DNA of 64,000 nucleotides from Escherichia coli (GTDB lineage Bacteria; Pseudomonadota; Gammaproteobacteria; Enterobacterales; Enterobacteriaceae): NCBI RefSeq assembly GCF_002854065.1, contig NZ_CP024147.1; one strand, 5' to 3'. Shown piece by piece: positions 63,902 to 64,000 of this stretch (position 1 is its first letter; each line of letters starts with the position of its first letter). The notes under the pieces were generated by a model. It saw only the letters and a program-made list of their open reading frames with translations, ran no database searches and was not told where the DNA came from. The position numbers and the translations under genes were made by a program.

Positions 63902-64000
63902 TCAGGAAATGAAGTTCAGCCCCTGCTTTAACACCAGATCGCAGGCTTTGGTTTTCACCTTTTCTGCCAGCGGAGTCGTTCCGATATTATCCAGATTGAG
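63902..64000 (-). CDS. yjjA: 3-prime end of a gene running off the window (yjjA by synteny)
   Basis: Open frame from the window edge ends ...KACDLVLKQGLNFIS-TGA. K-12 has yjjA next to opgB. Assignment is by position only. Confidence 0.4.
   Translation of the reverse strand, partial: LNLDNIGTTPLAEKVKTKACDLVLKQGLNFIS

Overview
Escherichia coli chromosomal window. It runs from the distal part of a tRNA-leuX-type genomic island into the conserved nan-fim-gntP-uxu-yji-tsr-lgo-opgB backbone. All family calls come from reading the translated ORFs and from remembered K-12 sequences; no searches were run.

Accessory part, 1-17.7 kb:
- An AlpA/YfjJ-like module.
- A cargo slot with a Gabija-like pair (OLD-family ATPase/TOPRIM nuclease plus UvrD-like helicase). 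It sits next to three AT-rich genes with no recognisable family, which are the best candidates here for undescribed defence or anti-defence functions.
- A CP4-57/CP4-44-like block: YeeP-type GTPase, WYL regulator, DUF932, antirestriction, RadC-JAB, and a CbeA/CbtA toxin-antitoxin pair.
- A terminal Mrr-catalytic-domain nuclease with a non-Mrr N-terminal domain.
- A 21-bp remnant of the leuX 3-prime end (attR-like) carrying an 8-bp triplication.
- Beyond that remnant, a decayed reader-domain gene and an HNH nuclease abutting nanS.

Core part:
- nanSMC, then the complete fim cluster. The fimS switch reads as phase-OFF, and fimH is split by an IS1 with an intact 9-bp target duplication.
- gntP, uxuAB-uxuR, yjiC, iraD, hypT, iadA-yjiGH, kptA, yjiJ-N and mdtM.
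- A second, defective IS1 without target duplication sits where K-12 carries the hsd-mcr-mrr immigration control region. Only a brnT/brnA pair lies between it and yjiA.
- yjiX-btsT, tsr (poly-Q linker 3 codons longer than I recall for K-12), lgoT/R/D and opgB.

No rRNA, intact tRNA or CRISPR array was seen.
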